Shown here piece after piece: positions 47,783 to 57,769 of a DNA stretch of 64,000 nt. The DNA comes from Candidatus Humimonas hydrogenitrophica (lineage in GTDB: Bacteria > Gemmatimonadota > Gemmatimonadetes > Palauibacterales > Palauibacteraceae), in the NCBI GenBank assembly GCA_947581615.1, contig CANPVD010000094.1, positions 15,336 through 79,335 on the forward strand, given 5' to 3'. The notes beneath the pieces are model-generated. The model was given only the letters and a program-made list of their open reading frames with translations. It was not told where the DNA came from and did not search any database. The translations under genes were made by a program, and so were the position numbers. Every line of letters starts with the position of its first letter. Positions within the stretch are counted from its first letter, which is position 1.

Positions 47783-48990
47783 GGAGCCGGGGCGGCGTGG
47801 CGGGCCCCGGCCGACTCCATCGTCGCGGCGGCCAGACGGGCCGCGCTCCGCCCGGCTCGCTCCACTTCTTCGGCCGTGGTGTCCGGTCCGAAGCTGAAGC
47901 GGAGCACGCCGTACGGCTCGTCCGACCCGCTTCCCGCCCCCATCGCTTCCAGGACGTGCGAGGCGTGCTGACTTCCGCTGCTGCACGCCGAGCCGGCGGA
48001 CAGCGCCACGCCCTCCAGGTCGAGGGTGACGAGCAGCTCGGCCGCGTCGGCCCCCGGGAGGCCGACGCTCAGGATGTTCGGAAGCCGTGCCGCGGCGCCC
48101 GCGCCGTGCACGCGTACGCCGGGGACCCCGGCCTCCAGGCGACCGACCAGCGCATCCCGGAGCTCCGTCCAGCGGGCGGCCGAGCCCGGGAGGGCCTCGA
48201 CGGCCAGGCGTGCCGCTTCGGCGAAGCCCACGGCCGCCAGCGGATTCTGCGTCCCGGGCCACAGCCCACGCTCCTGGGAGCCGCCGAAGGTCAGGGGCTC
48301 GAGCCGGAGCCCTTCACGCACGACCAGGAGTCCGATTCCGACCGGACCTCCGAGCTTGTGTGCGGTCACGCTGAGGAGGTCGGCCGCCGAGGCCTCGCGG
48401 GACACCGGCACTTTGCCGAAGGCCTGCACGGCGTCCGTGTGGAGGAAAGCGCCGCGCGCGTGGGTCATGCGCGCCGCCTCGGCCACGGGCTGGATCGACC
48501 CGACCTCGTTGTTGGCCCACATGAGGGACACGAGGCACGGGGCTCCCCGGGCTTCGTCGAGGGCGGCTTCCAGCGCGGCGAGCCTGACGACTCCGTGGCC
48601 GTCGACCGGGAGGGGGACGAGGTGCGCCCCCTCGCGCTCGGCCTGGCGGGCGGCCTCCAGGACGGCCTTGTGCTCGATGGCGGACACGACGAGTGTCGGC
48701 CGGTCTCCAGCGTGCGCGCGCGCGAAACCGAGAACCGCCAGGTTGTCGGCCTGCGTCCCCCCGGCTGTGAACCGAACCTCCGAGACTGGCGCCCCGAGGA
48801 GGCCGGCGAGCCGTCCGCGCGCCTCCTCGAGATGGCTACGCGCCCGGCTCCCGAACCCGTGGGGGCTCGCGGCGTTGAAGTCGGCCTCGCCGAGCACGGC
48901 CTGCATGGCGGCCCACACCTCGTCACGCAGGGGCGAGGTGGCGGCGTGGTCCAGGTAGATTCGCTCGCCGTCGGCTCGGCGGTCGCGCAT
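47779..48990 (-). CDS. cysteine desulfurase (NifS/IscS class V aminotransferase)
   Basis: 'IYLDHAATSP', PLP lysine 'SVTAHKLGGPVG' and catalytic 'SAGSACSSG'. ATG at 48990 has GGGAG 7 nt upstream. The alternative GTG at 49020 adds 10 aa. Confidence 0.9.
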   Translation of the reverse strand: MRDRRADGERIYLDHAATSPLRDEVWAAMQAVLGEADFNAASPHGFGSRARSHLEEARGRLAGLLGAPVSEVRFTAGGTQADNLAVLGFARAHAGDRPTLVVSAIEHKAVLEAARQAEREGAHLVPLPVDGHGVVRLAALEAALDEARGAPCLVSLMWANNEVGSIQPVAEAARMTHARGAFLHTDAVQAFGKVPVSREASAADLLSVTAHKLGGPVGIGLLVVREGLRLEPLTFGGSQERGLWPGTQNPLAAVGFAEAARLAVEALPGSAARWTELRDALVGRLEAGVPGVRVHGAGAAARLPNILSVGLPGADAAELLVTLDLEGVALSAGSACSSGSQHASHVLEAMGAGSGSDEPYGVLRFSFGPDTTAEEVERAGRSAARLAAATMESAGARHAAPAP

Positions 48991-49199
48991 GGTGGCTCCC
49001 GCACCAGGGTTCACGGTCACGTGGGGACACCCGGGAATGCCGGCGCCCCGGTGCCCGTCCGGCCCTTCATATCCGGAGCCGCCGGTCGAGTTCCTGCAGC
49101 GGGAGGACCTTCCGACGTCCCCGAGGACGCGCTAGCTTCAGACTGCGGTTCATCGCCGCCGTCCGCCAGTGTGCGCCTCCGACCGTGCCAGGGAGGATC

Positions 49200-49574
49200 A
49201 TGGACCCCGACGTCTTCTGCTCCGAGACCCTTCCGCCGCCCGCCGCCTCGCTGTTCCGAGCCACCGTCCACGGACTCGCCTTCGCCGGCCGCAGCCGACA
49301 CCTGCTGACTCTGGACGGCGGGGACCATCTGCTGCTCATCCCCGATCCACCCGGCGGCCATCCGGAACAGGTGTGGGTCCACCTTCGGGAAGGGGATCCG
49401 CTCGGGCACCTCCCGGACGAAATCGGTGGCTGGCTGGTCCCCTGGATGCGGAGCGGAGGCCGAGCCCACGCTCGGGTGGTGCGCGTGGGGGACGAGAGCG
49501 TGCCCAGCTGGAAGAGGCTCCTGGTGGAGGTCGTGTGCGGGGAAGGGCGCGGGGGTCCATCGACCACCACCTGA
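49200..49574 (+). CDS. stand-alone HIRAN-like domain protein
   Basis: ATG at 49200 follows AGGGAGGA. 'VHGLAFAGR...LDGGDHLLLIPDP...VWVHLREGDPLGHLPDEIGGWLVPWMRSGG...ARVVRV' fits the HIRAN pattern. The assignment is by eye only. Confidence 0.5.
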   Translation: MDPDVFCSETLPPPAASLFRATVHGLAFAGRSRHLLTLDGGDHLLLIPDPPGGHPEQVWVHLREGDPLGHLPDEIGGWLVPWMRSGGRAHARVVRVGDESVPSWKRLLVEVVCGEGRGGPSTTT

Positions 49575-49593
49575 GGCGGCGAGGGACGCCGGG

Positions 49594-50364
49594 TCACATC
49601 GAACGCACGCCCAGCGTCGTCACGTCGTCCACTTCCACCGTCTCCTCGGTCCAGAAGGGCTCGCCGTAGGGACGGCGGATCAGCGACCCGTAGTGCCGGT
49701 TCTGCGTCTCGATGAGGTCGTACAGGTCCTGTCCCGTGGGGAAGATCTCGCCGGCTGCGTCCTTCCCGTCGAACTGCGACGCGTAGCAGCGGATCGCCTC
49801 CATCTTCCGCTCGAACTGCCGGCCAATGTCCACCACGAACGTCGGCTTGAGAGGGTCCTCCCGGTAGCTGAGCGCGTAGAGGACCTTGAGCGGACGGTGC
49901 GGCTCCCCGTCCCCGTAGCGTGAGAGGCCCGCCAGATAGCAGGCATCGCGGGACAGCTCGGAGGCGATCCGGTGATCCGGGTGGCGTCCGCGAGGGAAGG
50001 GGAGGATGACGGTCCCGGGCCGCAGGCCGCGCAGGAGTCCCACCAGGCGGCGGCGGTTCTCATCGGTGTTGAACAGGCCGGCATCGGGCAGGCCCGCGTT
50101 GAGCCGGGCTACGACGCCGAGCACTCCCGCCGCCCGGTCGGCCTCCTGCCCGCGCAGCTCCGCCGAGCCCCGGGTCCCCATCTCGCCCAGGGTGAGGTCG
50201 ACGATCGCGGTTCGGTGGCCCTGGTCGGCGGCGCGGAGGAAGGTGCCCCCGCAGGTGAGCTCCACGTCGTCGCGGTGCGCCGCCATCGCCAGGAGGTCGA
50301 CGGGACCGATCTCCCGCGCCCGGGCGGCGAGCTCCCCGGCCCCCACCTTCTCCTCGTCGCTCAT
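49594..50364 (-). CDS. bshB1: PIG-L/LmbE-family deacetylase, bacillithiol biosynthesis BshB1-like
   Basis: 256 aa. 'AAHRDDVELTCGG', 'DLTLGEMGTRG' and 'HPDHRIA'. Confidence 0.7.
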   Translation of the reverse strand: MSDEEKVGAGELAARAREIGPVDLLAMAAHRDDVELTCGGTFLRAADQGHRTAIVDLTLGEMGTRGSAELRGQEADRAAGVLGVVARLNAGLPDAGLFNTDENRRRLVGLLRGLRPGTVILPFPRGRHPDHRIASELSRDACYLAGLSRYGDGEPHRPLKVLYALSYREDPLKPTFVVDIGRQFERKMEAIRCYASQFDGKDAAGEIFPTGQDLYDLIETQNRHYGSLIRRPYGEPFWTEETVEVDDVTTLGVRSM

Positions 50365-50416
50365 CGCGCGCCTCCCGCTGCCCGGCCCCAGGCGCGGCCC
50401 ACGTGGCTGCCGGCCC

Positions 50417-51688
50417 TCACTCGTAACGCAGCGCCTCGACCGGGTCGAGGCGCGCGCCGCGGGACGCAGGGTAGAGACCGAAGCCGATCCCCGTCAACGC
50501 GGACACGCCGAGCGCCGCCAACACGGACCACAGCGGCACCGTGGCCGGGATCGGCGTCCAGTGGTCGATCGCCCAAACGATGGCGCCGCCGATCGCCATG
50601 CCGGTCGCGCCTCCGACCAGCGTCACCGTGGACGCCTCGACGAGGAACTGCCACAGGATGTCGTTCCGCCGGGCTCCCAGCGCCTTTCGGACCCCGATCT
50701 CCCGCGTACGCTCGGTGACCGAGATCATCATGATCCCGATGACGCCCACGCCGCCCACCATGAGCCCCACGCTCGAGAGGGCGAACATCACCGAGAACAG
50801 GGCCGTGGTGAGCTGACCCCACAGCTTGAGGATCTCGTCCTGGGTGATGATGGCGAAATTGTCCTTCTGGCCGGGGTGCAGCCTCCGGATCTGCCGCATC
50901 TTCCCCTCGACCTGGTCCATGGCCACGTCGATGGGCACTCCGTCCTTCGGGGTCACGATGAAGGTGATGAGCCGGTGCCAGAAGGGCACGTACTGCCAGG
51001 CGGACTCGAACGGTATGAGCATGTAGTGGGATACGAATCCCGCGAACAGGTTGTCGGCCCGGCGATAGGTGCCGACCACCTGGAAGGGGGTCGCGGTGCC
51101 CTGGCCCGACGGCGAGGCGATGGTGAACTGTCGCTGGAGCGGGTCGCGCCCCTCGTACAGGTCCTCTGCCACCTGAGAGTCCACCACGGCCACCGGCCGG
51201 CCACGCTTGGCCTCGGTCGAGGTGAAGAAGCGCCCGTCCTCGAGCTGGCCGTTGTCCGTCTCCAGGAAGTCGGCTCCCACGGCCACCAGCGCGACGCCGA
51301 TGTCCCGGTCGCGGTGCCGCGCCTTGTAACCGCTCTGGCTCAGGTCGGCGATCGCGTCCGCGCTCTTGATGGCCGGGAGCTGCGCGAGCTGATCAGCCCA
51401 GCGCGGCTCCAGCGGCGGGTTCTTCATGAACGCGGACTCCTCCTCCTCGGTGCCGGTCTGTATGCCGCCGCCCTGGGGAGCGTGGGCCACGTAGAAGGTG
51501 GTGGGGCCCCGGGAGGAGATGAGCTCGGTGAAGCTGTCGTTGATACCCGTGATGGCCGCGGCCATCACCATGACGACCGTCACCCCGATCGTCACGCCCA
51601 GGATCGTGAGCCCGCTGCGCACCTTGTTGGCACGAAGGGAGTCCAGCGCGATCACGATGCCCTCGCCCAGGGCGACGAGCCAGCTCAT
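50417..51688 (-). CDS. ABC transporter permease, MacB/FtsX type
   Basis: 423 aa. An N-terminal TM segment, a large periplasmic domain and a C-terminal FtsX 3-TM module with 'TERTREIGVRKALGAR'. Confidence 0.9.
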   Translation of the reverse strand: MSWLVALGEGIVIALDSLRANKVRSGLTILGVTIGVTVVMVMAAAITGINDSFTELISSRGPTTFYVAHAPQGGGIQTGTEEEESAFMKNPPLEPRWADQLAQLPAIKSADAIADLSQSGYKARHRDRDIGVALVAVGADFLETDNGQLEDGRFFTSTEAKRGRPVAVVDSQVAEDLYEGRDPLQRQFTIASPSGQGTATPFQVVGTYRRADNLFAGFVSHYMLIPFESAWQYVPFWHRLITFIVTPKDGVPIDVAMDQVEGKMRQIRRLHPGQKDNFAIITQDEILKLWGQLTTALFSVMFALSSVGLMVGGVGVIGIMMISVTERTREIGVRKALGARRNDILWQFLVEASTVTLVGGATGMAIGGAIVWAIDHWTPIPATVPLWSVLAALGVSALTGIGFGLYPASRGARLDPVEALRYE

Positions 51689-51701
51689 CGGTCGATCCTC
51701 C

Positions 51702-52946
51702 TCACTCGGCGTGCAGGGCCACGATCGGGTCCAGCCGCGCGGCCCGGCTGGCCGGGTAGACGCCGGAGACCAGCCCCACGACGACGCCGAGCGCCACGGC
51801 CAGCCCCAGGGACCACAGCGGTGTGGACGCGGGCAGCGGTGTGAGCGCGTGCACGATCCGGGCGAGGCCCACGCCGATCCCCACCCCGAGGCCGGCGCCC
51901 ACGAGGCTGAGGACCGACGACTCGGCCAGGAACTGGACGAGCACGTCGCTCTGACGGGCGCCGACCGCCTTGCGCAGCCCGATCTCGCGGGTCCGCTGCG
52001 ACACGGACACGAGCATGATGTTCATGATCACGATGCCCCCGACCACGAGGGCGATGGACACCAGGCCCGGCAGCACCGTGAGGAGGACGTTGTTGATCTT
52101 GTTCCAGGCGCTCAGCAGTCCACTCGACGTCTGGAGCTGGAAGTTGTTGTCCCGTGCCGGGCGGAGCCTGCGGTCGGCACGGAGCCCTCCCTCGACGGCC
52201 GACATGGCGTCGTTCATCGCTTTCTCGGTCGGGGCCTTGACCGAGATCTCGTCGAGCTTGCCCGGATCGCGCGACAGCGTCTCGTCGTAAGCGGAGAACG
52301 GCAGGAGGATGGCCGCGTCCCAGATGCCTCCGAGCAGGCCGCCCCGCTTCTCGAACACTCCCACGACCTGGAAGCGATAGGGCCCGACCCGGATCTCCTT
52401 ACCGAGCGGCGATTCGGCCGGAAAGAGCCTCTGGGCGATGTCCGGCCCGATCACGGCGACCTTGAGGCCGCGGCGCTCGTCCAGCGGCGACAGGCCCCGT
52501 CCCCGGGCCACTTCCCAGCCCTGCACCGTCGCGTAGCCCTCCGAGGCCCCGACCACCCGGATGTTCTTCCGCTCCCGCTCTCCGTAACGGACCTGGTCGA
52601 AGCCTCGGTCCGAGTCCCACGTCACCGTGACGCCCGGCGGCGCCGAGCGGCGAACCACGTCCACGTCGTGAAGGGTGAGCCGCGGATTCCGGGCGTAGCG
52701 GCGGCGCTGCTCCTCGGTCGTCCGGCCCGTCTGGATGGAGGGGCGCCGCACGACCGTGAAGGTGTTGATGCCGAAGATCGATCCGGCGAAGTCCTCCCGC
52801 ACGTACCGGTTCATGCCCTCCACGATCGTGATCACCGCGATCAGGAAGGTGATGCCGATGATGACGCCGACGAGGGAGAAGAACGACTTGAGCTTGTGCG
52901 CCCAGATCTGGCTCAGCGCCAGTCGGAGTCCCTCGAGGAGTGGCAC
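51702..52946 (-). CDS. ABC transporter permease, MacB/FtsX type (second paralogue)
   Basis: 414 aa with the same architecture. 'SQRTREIGLRKAVGAR'. Confidence 0.9.
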   Translation of the reverse strand: MPLLEGLRLALSQIWAHKLKSFFSLVGVIIGITFLIAVITIVEGMNRYVREDFAGSIFGINTFTVVRRPSIQTGRTTEEQRRRYARNPRLTLHDVDVVRRSAPPGVTVTWDSDRGFDQVRYGERERKNIRVVGASEGYATVQGWEVARGRGLSPLDERRGLKVAVIGPDIAQRLFPAESPLGKEIRVGPYRFQVVGVFEKRGGLLGGIWDAAILLPFSAYDETLSRDPGKLDEISVKAPTEKAMNDAMSAVEGGLRADRRLRPARDNNFQLQTSSGLLSAWNKINNVLLTVLPGLVSIALVVGGIVIMNIMLVSVSQRTREIGLRKAVGARQSDVLVQFLAESSVLSLVGAGLGVGIGVGLARIVHALTPLPASTPLWSLGLAVALGVVVGLVSGVYPASRAARLDPIVALHAE

Positions 52947-52970
52947 GTGCGTCGCTCGCGATCCGGGGCG

Positions 52971-53696
52971 CTACTGCGCCACGGCATGCGGGACCGTGAT
53001 GTCGGCGTCGAGCGACTCGATCTGCCCGTCCCGCAACGTGATGACCCGCTCAGCGTGCGCGGCGATGTCGTATTCGTGGGTGACCATGATGATGGTCTGC
53101 CCGCTGTTCTTGTGGAGGTGCTCGAACACGGCCATGATCTCGGCCGACGTCGCCGAGTCCAGGTTCCCGGTGGGCTCGTCCGCCAGGAGGATGGAGGGGC
53201 GGTTCACCAGGGCGCGGGCGATGGCCACGCGCTGACGCTGACCGCCCGAGAGCTCGTTGGGTTTGTGCTCCATGCGGTCCCCCAGGTCCACCATGCGCAG
53301 GGCTTCCTCGGCCCGCTCACGACGCTCCGCGGAGCCCACGCCGCCGTAGATGAGGGGCAGCTCCACGTTGTGGAGTGAGCTGGCGCGCGGCAGGAGGTTG
53401 AACGTCTGGAAGACGAAGCCGATTTCGCGGTTCCGGATGCGGGCCAGCTCGTCGTCGTCCAGGTCCTGGACGGCCTGGCCATTGAGCACATACTCCCCGC
53501 CGCTGGGCGTGTCGAGGCACCCGATCAGGTTCATCAGCGTCGACTTGCCCGAGCCCGACGGCCCCATGACGGCGATGTATTCGTTGCGTCGGATCTCGAG
53601 GTCCACGCCACGAAGCGCGTGGACCGTCTCCGAGCCCATCTGGTAGTCCTTCGTCAGTCCCCGCGTCATGATGACGAGGTCTCTGGTCGCGTCCAT
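52971..53696 (-). CDS. ABC transporter ATP-binding protein (MacB/LolD-type)
   Basis: In-frame 241 aa of ORF 52971..54302. Walker A 'GPSGSGKST', signature '[15 protein letters not shown]' and Walker B 'ILLADEPT'. Confidence 0.9.
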   Translation of the reverse strand: MDATRDLVIMTRGLTKDYQMGSETVHALRGVDLEIRRNEYIAVMGPSGSGKSTLMNLIGCLDTPSGGEYVLNGQAVQDLDDDELARIRNREIGFVFQTFNLLPRASSLHNVELPLIYGGVGSAERRERAEEALRMVDLGDRMEHKPNELSGGQRQRVAIARALVNRPSILLADEPTGNLDSATSAEIMAVFEHLHKNSGQTIIMVTHEYDIAAHAERVITLRDGQIESLDADITVPHAVAQ

Positions 53697-53731
53697 CTCC
53701 GGCTCCTGTTCGGCCGCGCGTGTGCGCTGGC

Positions 53732-55060
53732 TCACGAACCCTCTGCGGTGTCGCCCCCGGTCGCCGCATGGCGGCGTCCGCCGGCGCTGTCCATGCTCGC
53801 GGTCCCGGTTCCCCGGTCGACCTTCTCGACCCGGACCGTGCCTCCGTCCCGGAGCTCCCGGATCGTCTTGTAAGGCCCCGACACCACCGTGTCCCCCTCG
53901 GCGATCCCGTTCAGGACCTCGAAGTAGGCGTCGCCCGCGATGCCCACGCGCACGGGGACGAAGTGGACCGCATCGCCGTGGAGCTGGAATACCCCCTCGG
54001 CTTCGTCCGGCTCCCCTCCTGATGCGCTGTCGGGCGCCGGCCCCGTCGTGGTCGTGTCCCGCAGCGTCAGCGCGATGATCGGGACGGCCAGCGCATTCCG
54101 TCGCGTCGCCGTCACGACGTCGGCCGTGGCCGACAGGTCGGGGCGAATGCCGGTGGGCGGCTCGTCGATCTGGATGCGCACCTCGAAGTCCACGGCCTGA
54201 TCCGAGGTGCTCTGAGACGCCGTGGCGCTGCGGCTGCTCCGGTCCTGCATGGCACTGCTGGCGACCTTCACCACCCGGCCCGCGAAGGCCGAGTCGGGCC
54301 ACGCGTCGATCTCGACCGAGGCCGAATCACCGACGTGGATCATCGGGATGTCGGTCTCGTCCACCTGGACCACCGCTTCCATCACCGACAGGTCGGCCAC
54401 GGTGAGCAGCAGGCTGCCCGGGTTGTTCATCGTGCCCACGATGGCGGTCTCGCCCTTCTGGACGTTGAGGCGGCTCACGACACCGTCGATCGGAGCCCTG
54501 ATGACCGTCTTGTCGAGCCGGTCCTTGGCTTCCGCCAGGGAGGCATCCGCCTGAGACACGCCGTGCTGGGCCGACTGCCACAGCGCGTTCTGGACCTCCG
54601 ACTTGGTCCGCGTCTGCTCGACCTCCTGGTCGGTGACCAGGTCGGGCGTACGCTTCTTGAGCTCGCGCAGCCGGTCCCAGTCGCGCCGGTCCTGGTCGGC
54701 GCTGGCCTTGGCCTGCGCCGCGCCGGCCCTGGCCTGGGCGAGCTGCGCCTCGGCCTGCCGCACGGCGGCCTGGTACTGGGTCGGATCGATGACCAGGAGA
54801 AGGTCGCCCTCCTTCACGCGCTGGCCTTCCTGGACCGGGAGCTGCACGATCCGGCCCGAGATGTCCGCGCTGATGTCGACGGACTGCTTGGCCTCGATGT
54901 GGCCACTGGCGTTCACGTGCGACACCAGGTCGTGTCGCCCCACGACCTCGGCTCGCACCTGGGGCCCACTGCTGCGATTGGCCCCGATGGCCCGTATGAC
55001 GAGTACGGCGACCACCAGCACTACGCCGGCGCCGATAGCGATCTTCCCTTTGCGACTCAT
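53732..55060 (-). CDS. efflux periplasmic adaptor (MacA/HlyD family)
   Basis: 442 aa. An N-terminal TM anchor, lipoyl motif '[27 protein letters not shown]', a coiled-coil hairpin and 'IRAPIDGVV'. Confidence 0.85.
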   Translation of the reverse strand: MSRKGKIAIGAGVVLVVAVLVIRAIGANRSSGPQVRAEVVGRHDLVSHVNASGHIEAKQSVDISADISGRIVQLPVQEGQRVKEGDLLLVIDPTQYQAAVRQAEAQLAQARAGAAQAKASADQDRRDWDRLRELKKRTPDLVTDQEVEQTRTKSEVQNALWQSAQHGVSQADASLAEAKDRLDKTVIRAPIDGVVSRLNVQKGETAIVGTMNNPGSLLLTVADLSVMEAVVQVDETDIPMIHVGDSASVEIDAWPDSAFAGRVVKVASSAMQDRSSRSATASQSTSDQAVDFEVRIQIDEPPTGIRPDLSATADVVTATRRNALAVPIIALTLRDTTTTGPAPDSASGGEPDEAEGVFQLHGDAVHFVPVRVGIAGDAYFEVLNGIAEGDTVVSGPYKTIRELRDGGTVRVEKVDRGTGTASMDSAGGRRHAATGGDTAEGS

Positions 55061-55238
55061 CTATTCGGAGGTCCTTACCCTGTGCATTCGGGTGCAAGTC
55101 CAAGAGATCGAGGAATCCTACGGCTCCGGCCGCGGAAAGGTTTCGGAGAGCGGGCGCACGCGTCCCTCCTGGCACCCTACCCGGCACCGGTTGAAGGAAC
55201 ACCCCGGCTCCCGGACACGCTTAGACCGGTCGGGCGAC

Positions 55239-55274
55239 GACCCCCGGACGCCCGTTCTGCGCCGTCCGGGGGTC
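55239..55274 (-). terminator. candidate terminator hairpin after the Yip1 gene
   Basis: A perfect 12-bp stem GACCCCCGGACG/CGTCCGGGGGTC with a 12-nt loop, 12 nt downstream of the Yip1 stop on the minus strand. There is no U-tract. Confidence 0.4.
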
Positions 55275-55285
55275 CCTGGTCGCGC

Positions 55286-56044
55286 CTACCGCGCGAAGAT
55301 GGCCGAGACGGCCTTCAGCACCACGTAGAGCCCCAGCACCAGCGAGATGCAGCTGCCGGCCGACCGTTTGGGGTAGATCCGGCTCAGGGCCACGCCGAGC
55401 ACCACCGCGGCCCACACCCCGAAGATCCCCATGCCGTGCAGGAACCGGTAGGCGTAGCCGGCGTGGTCGAGGCCGGGAGCCAGCAGGTCGAGGGTGAGGC
55501 TCGCCTGGAGGTCCCTGGCCTTGATGACGACGGGCAGGGTGACGAGGCCGCCGATCGTCGGGATGAGGAACGTATGGCTCGTGGCCGAAAGGACGCTGCG
55601 GAAGCCGGCGTCGCCTCCCATCCCCATCTCGTAGATCAGGAAGAACACCGCGGAGACGACCACGATGACCAGCGGCATGAAGATGATGGGGCCCGCGTAC
55701 CGGAAGATCCGTGCGACGGCCAGTCCCTTCTGGATGGCCTCCGCCGGCGCGTCGGGCCGGCTACGGAGCATCTGTTGCCGGATGGACTCGGTGATGATGC
55801 CGGAGGGAATGAGCAGGGACGTGACCAGCGACAGGACGACGACCAGGAGCAGCGCGCCCAGCCACCTGGGCTGGCTGCGGAGGGCGTCGAACAGCTTCCC
55901 GGGCGACACGAACAGCTGATAGATCCGGACGGCCAGGTTGGGGAGTCGAGGCTCCGTCGCCGGGCCGCCTTCGCCGCCCGACGCGGCCGTCCCCGTCGAC
56001 CCTGTCTCGACACCTTCGATACCCACGTCGTCGCTCGCGGCCAT
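55286..56044 (-). CDS. Yip1-domain membrane protein
   Basis: 252 aa. A soluble N-terminus is followed by 5 TM helices. 'IYQLFVSPGKLF' and the overall topology are typical of the YIP1 family. Confidence 0.75.
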   Translation of the reverse strand: MAASDDVGIEGVETGSTGTAASGGEGGPATEPRLPNLAVRIYQLFVSPGKLFDALRSQPRWLGALLLVVVLSLVTSLLIPSGIITESIRQQMLRSRPDAPAEAIQKGLAVARIFRYAGPIIFMPLVIVVVSAVFFLIYEMGMGGDAGFRSVLSATSHTFLIPTIGGLVTLPVVIKARDLQASLTLDLLAPGLDHAGYAYRFLHGMGIFGVWAAVVLGVALSRIYPKRSAGSCISLVLGLYVVLKAVSAIFAR

Positions 56045-56047
56045 GGC

Positions 56048-56824
56048 TCACCTCGTCATGCTGGATCGCGTGGCGGTCCACTGGTGATCCGGCCGTCGAA
56101 CCTGGAGGACCCGCCCCTGGTCGTCGAGCCAGACCTGGATCCGCTCGCCGTCCAGCGTGACCTCGTATCGGGTCGCCGCCCGTTCCTGTCCCGCCGCGAG
56201 GATGCTGTCGGATCCCGCGGACCGGACCTGTACCGTCGCTTGCTCACCGAGCGACGGAACGACCACCGACGTGGACCAGGAGGAGCCGCCACTCCGGGCG
56301 GCGTGCTCACGGAAGAACACATAATACTCGTGAGCGATGCCTGGCTCCAGAAGGGCGAGGCCGGGGGAGGCGACGAACTGCCGGGAGCGGTTCCCTTCGT
56401 CCGAGGTGGTCTGTAGACGCAGGCGGGGTCCGTCCCGGTGTGCGACGACGTTGTGGACGTCCCCGGTGCGCGGCTTGAGCTGGAAGAGTTCCGGACGGAA
56501 CATCGAGTCGGTCTGCAGCCACACCTGCTCGGGGACGAAGGGCGGTCGGGCGGAGTCCAGGCTGACGACTCCGACGGCCTTGATCGCGGCGCCCTCCCTC
56601 CGGATGACGAAGGTCTCACGGCCGGCGTGGCGGCCCGCGATGCTGATGTCGAACGATCCCTCGTCCAGCGTCCTGGCGGTCTGGGCGCGGCCCGGGACGG
56701 GGAGGGCGAAGAGGGCGACGGCGGCCAGCAGCGCGGCGCACGTCCCTCCGACCCGGGCCGTCGAACCAGGCGCGGCGTCCAGGATCGAGGCCCCTCGGCC
56801 GCCCGACTTTCGCTCAGTGCCCAT
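56048..56824 (-). CDS. secreted hypothetical protein
   Basis: In-frame 258 aa of ORF 56048..57154. Signal peptide 'CAALLAAVALFALPVPGRAQT' and beta-rich composition. The start overlaps the creatininase stop by 11 nt, and the stop lies 3 nt before the Yip1 start. Confidence 0.6.
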   Translation of the reverse strand: MGTERKSGGRGASILDAAPGSTARVGGTCAALLAAVALFALPVPGRAQTARTLDEGSFDISIAGRHAGRETFVIRREGAAIKAVGVVSLDSARPPFVPEQVWLQTDSMFRPELFQLKPRTGDVHNVVAHRDGPRLRLQTTSDEGNRSRQFVASPGLALLEPGIAHEYYVFFREHAARSGGSSWSTSVVVPSLGEQATVQVRSAGSDSILAAGQERAATRYEVTLDGERIQVWLDDQGRVLQVRRPDHQWTATRSSMTR

Positions 56825-57578
56825 GCTCCCCTCCTCCGTTCTCCAGAACGCGCTCCCCCAGGAACGCCACGAGATACTCGAACACTCTCCGGCCCTTGTC
56901 GGCCGACGCGCGCGAAGGCCGTCCCACCACGCCCGGTGACCCCGGCAGCGGGACGGGCTCCTCTCCGACCAGGAGCCTTCTGAGCTCTTCCTCCTCCACC
57001 GGTGCGTCCCGCACGAGCGTCGCGTGCACGAGGTCCGGAGCGAGGTGGAGGAGGAGCGACGTCTCCAGCTCTCCGGCGTGCTCCTCCACGTGCGGGGTAT
57101 CGAGGAAAGCTCGCAGGTCGACCGCGTGAAGGTCGACCGCCCGAATCCGGGCACGAGCGCTCACCACCGTGCCGATGGCCTGAAGGTGGGCTCCGAACCC
57201 GTGAGCCGTCAGCAGGTAGATCTCTTCTACCCCCTGTCCCTCCCAGTTTTCCACCAGCTCGTTGAGCACCCGGTGCAGGGTCTTGCCCCTCAAACAACCC
57301 GATCCGGCGTAAGCCTGCTCCGTCTCGGAGCCCACCCCATAGGGCAGGGTGGGGGCCAGCACGACCCCGTACTCCTGAGACAGTCGCTCGGCCAGGCGGG
57401 TCACGATCACGGCGTCCGTGCTCAGCGGCAGGTGGGGGCCATGTTGCAGGAGGGTCCCCACCGGCACCAGAAGACGGGGATCGCGCCGGAAATGCTCGTT
57501 CGCCTCTCTCCACGAGAGGTCCGCGAGCCTGACCGGTCCGGCGGAGGATCCGCGTTCGGGATTCGTGTCGTCGGTCAT
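56814..57578 (-). CDS. creatininase-family amidohydrolase
   Basis: In-frame 254 aa of ORF 56814..57683. 'LLVPVGTLLQHGPHLPLSTD', 'LTAHG' and 'HAGELETS'. Confidence 0.8.
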   Translation of the reverse strand: MTDDTNPERGSSAGPVRLADLSWREANEHFRRDPRLLVPVGTLLQHGPHLPLSTDAVIVTRLAERLSQEYGVVLAPTLPYGVGSETEQAYAGSGCLRGKTLHRVLNELVENWEGQGVEEIYLLTAHGFGAHLQAIGTVVSARARIRAVDLHAVDLRAFLDTPHVEEHAGELETSLLLHLAPDLVHATLVRDAPVEEEELRRLLVGEEPVPLPGSPGVVGRPSRASADKGRRVFEYLVAFLGERVLENGGGEHGH

Positions 57579-57769
57579 GAGCCGGCTCCGAGGCTCGGGA
57601 GGTCGGTCGGGGGTCCGCGAGCGACACCGTACGCGGCGGGGGTTTCGCGGGGCAACCGGCCCGGGGTCGGCGAGCCGCGGCACGCAGCCTGCCTGTAGCA
57701 GGGTGATCCACCTTCAGGAGGGAGGCCGATCCGGGCCTGGATCCGAACGACAATCTACCGGGAGGAACG

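Noticed and set aside
55061-55238. A sigma54-type promoter in the macA upstream region (minus-strand 'TTGGACTTGCACCCGAATGCA').
   Set aside because: The GG and GC dinucleotides are not at the required 10-nt spacing. It is only a superficial resemblance.
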